From the NCBI GenBank assembly GCA_002104905.1, contig MCFE01000089.1, forward strand, positions 62,001-126,000: a DNA stretch of 64,000 nt. Direction: 5' to 3'. Both the position numbers and the translations under genes were made by a program. Positions 61,508 to 64,000 of this stretch are shown here, piece by piece; positions within the stretch are counted from its first letter, which is position 1; each line of letters opens with the position of its first letter. Origin of the DNA: Basidiobolus meristosporus CBS 931.73. Taxonomy: Eukaryota; Fungi; Basidiobolomycota. The notes below the pieces were generated by a model. It was not told the origin of the DNA. It worked only from the letters and a program-made list of their open reading frames with translations, and made no database searches.

Positions 61508-62809
61508 TTAAGATTTCTCCATCTCAACCTTCTCGCCATCCTCCTCCGAAGTATCCTTGATACCTCTGGCTACAAGGTAAGCAAACGGAAGTGAGGCTGT
61601 GCATAGCACCCAGTTGATGATTAACTGAGTCAAGAAAGGAGTACTCTTAGCATCGATATCCCAGGCAATAGCTGCACCGGCAGATTGGAGTCCTTTGTAG
61701 TACCCAGCATAGCGAGCAAGAACGTGGCTGTCATTGGAAAGGGCACCCATCAGCCAATAAGCATAGGTTTGCAAAACGGCATCCAGAAAGCCGTAGAACA
61801 GATACAAGACAAACTTTGCTCCCCATCCTGGGCCGTTGATGAAATCGATGTCTTTGGGATGATCTTCCCGAGTGTATTGTACCTGAAGACCAAGCCCACC
61901 GCCCCAGATAATCATTGTTAGGACAGCCACCAGGGCTAGTCCGTACAACGCACGAGTGCGACGGTGAAGCTTGGCATTGTCAAGCAATAGACCTACACCA
62001 TAGGCACCAATCATTTGCGCACCCCAGTAGAAGGCACTGTTGAAAGAGCGGGTACGAACGTTGAAAAGAACACCATTCACAGCACCGAACTGATAGGAGT
62101 AGAACCAGTTGGAAGTCACGCACAAGGGAAGGAGCAAGAGCATGTTCTTGTTTTTGAACAACTTCAGGATCTCAATGATCTCGCCGCCTACATTCTCGAA
62201 TTTGGAGACTTGCACGCGGGAGCCGTCCTCACGCACCACCTTCTCGGGAGGAATTAAGCCCAAGCCAAGCAGAGCGCCAATAACCATTAGAGCCATCAAT
62301 ACGTAGTATGTGGCGGTACTCACCTGGCCAGCTGACGAGTGGAAGTTGAGGCCGAAAGGAATGAACGAGCCAAGAACAGCACCCATGTTGAAGATAATCC
62401 AGAAGATTCCGACCGCACGGCCTTTTTGATTTTCGGATGGGTAAGACATCATGATTGTACCCTGAGCAGTCCAGAACATACCGGCGCCAATACCTAGAAT
62501 TGCACTAGCGACAATGACAAAGGTCGGCTCCTTGGTATTGCTGTAGTATACAAGGGAACCGGAGTAAAGGGCGTAGGTAAGGCCGCCGCTGACCATAGTC
62601 CAACGTCCACCAAGGACATTGTGGATGGCACCACCGAACACGCCGAACACTGAGAAGCAGGCATAGAGGGCAACATTTCCATTCTTGGTGGTGTTGTCAT
62701 CCATCTGACCTCCAGCACCTAGACTGTTGATGACATTGTACATGCCCGGGCAGCAGAAACATGCAAAGCCAACTAATATGACCTGCATCATTGGTGAATT
62801 GAGCCTCAT
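61508..62809 (-). CDS. UNC93-like major facilitator superfamily membrane transporter (433 aa, no introns apparent)
   Basis: QVILVGFACFCCPGMYN, GAGGQ, LGIGAGMFWTAQGTIMMSYPSENQKGRAVGIFWIIFN, NWFYSYQF, YAGYYKGLQSAGAAIAW; many hydrophobic segments; normal CpG content. Confidence 0.93.
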   Translation of the reverse strand: MRLNSPMMQVILVGFACFCCPGMYNVINSLGAGGQMDDNTTKNGNVALYACFSVFGVFGGAIHNVLGGRWTMVSGGLTYALYSGSLVYYSNTKEPTFVIVASAILGIGAGMFWTAQGTIMMSYPSENQKGRAVGIFWIIFNMGAVLGSFIPFGLNFHSSAGQVSTATYYVLMALMVIGALLGLGLIPPEKVVREDGSRVQVSKFENVGGEIIEILKLFKNKNMLLLLPLCVTSNWFYSYQFGAVNGVLFNVRTRSFNSAFYWGAQMIGAYGVGLLLDNAKLHRRTRALYGLALVAVLTMIIWGGGLGLQVQYTREDHPKDIDFINGPGWGAKFVLYLFYGFLDAVLQTYAYWLMGALSNDSHVLARYAGYYKGLQSAGAAIAWDIDAKSTPFLTQLIINWVLCTASLPFAYLVARGIKDTSEEDGEKVEMEKS

Positions 62810-64000
62810 TGTGAAAGTATCTTTGGGATGGACAATCCTTGAACATGGCTAGCCATATTTATACTTGACGCGAAGCAAATATAACCATTTTGGTGAGGAG
62901 CTGAGTCTACCATTTAGGAAGGGCAACACACTGTGCCACAGCATAGCGCTCAGCCGGATATATTGATCAAGCTGGTGGCACAATGGCAGCATTAGAGTTC
63001 GGATGAAACCTTGCAAATCAAGTGAGAATCCGGGTTTGGTTCTGGTATGATTCTGCTATGATTTCGACCAGGTTCCAGCAAAATACCTGTTGGGCGACAA
63101 CGGGAATGTTTCTTCGTATTCGATAGGACAGCTGAAATGGATAAATGAAAGCGGACAAATATTACACAATGCCCGCTTCTATATACTTGGACACTCTTTC
63201 AACGATGTTGATCACTATTGTTCCCCTAGATATTGGTATGAAGAACAACAGCTGGATGGTGATACTCAATGGTGGTGTGAAGAATAGCAGCTAGATGGTG
63301 TTACTGTGCACTTTATTTAATCCGCGGTCTAGACTCTGACTCATACAGCACTTATTCTTGTCATCATTTCTGTTACTTGACAGTTGGCAAACGATGCAAT
63401 AGATGCCAGGATCTTCATTCACCGGTTCGAGCGCTTTGTTCAATGGTGCCACCTTCCTTCTGGCGCTTGTCTATAAATCACATATTCTGGAGATTGGCTA
63501 TGCTCCCTTGGTGTTACAGTGATTTTCGCCACGAGAATGACCAACCTCTCAGAGGAAAGTATAGGATATTGCAGCAGTCATTCTTGTGGTTAGCACAATC
63601 CAGTATTCTAGCTGGCAACCTCTAAATGTATCCGATGGCGAGACTGATGTTCTACTATAAAGCTACTAAGATTTGATACACAAAGCTAAGCCAATAGTAA
63701 GTTCTAGCGTTGCTTTTATTCCAAATGACTACGTACTACTGAGAGTTGACCTTTGATTAAGTATGCGAACTGACAACGGTCTGAAGCTTGTTATCGGCCA
63801 TTGATGCTACGCAAAGGTATTCCAATACAATCGTGAAGAATTGAGCGGTCTGAGTAGTTTGAATTTGAGAGGAGCTTAGGGAAATTAGCAACCAGGCTGA
63901 GTCAATAAAACAAGTCCGTATCAAGCAAATATTTTAATTCTCCCAATTACTTTTAGTATTCCCCAAAAAAATCTTTCTTCACTGTAATTATATCTTAGTA

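Noticed and set aside
62810-64000. Short ORFs 63090-63287 and 63377-63625 (also 61166-61407)
   Set aside because: They are short, mostly lack ATG starts and show no recognisable motifs; treated as intergenic.

Overview
Eukaryotic, almost certainly fungal DNA (inference from the one host gene and the TE families; an early-diverging lineage is plausible but unproven). Bases 1 to ~60,900 are a CpG-depleted, deeply nested transposon cluster. It holds Ty1/copia elements (families here called C and D), Ty3/gypsy elements (A, A', B, E), a PIF/Harbinger-like element with two MITE derivatives, and several CMC/CACTA (tnp2) elements. Most insertion boundaries can be fixed by their target-site duplications (TSDs). 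From ~60,950 CpG content becomes normal and there is one intact host gene, a UNC93-like MFS transporter (61508-62809, minus). No rRNA, tRNA or CRISPR array was seen. Main leads: (1) gypsy family A appears to integrate at CpG-centred 4-bp sites, including repeatedly into the ACGT in its own LTR; (2) an intact Harbinger transposase has no CpG at all (every Arg is AGA/AGG) while its partner gene is CpG-rich; (3) both MITEs have a gypsy insertion 17-18 bp from a TIR; (4) a 734-bp foldback MITE and a 10-bp-phased GGCAY array. All alignments and counts were made by eye.
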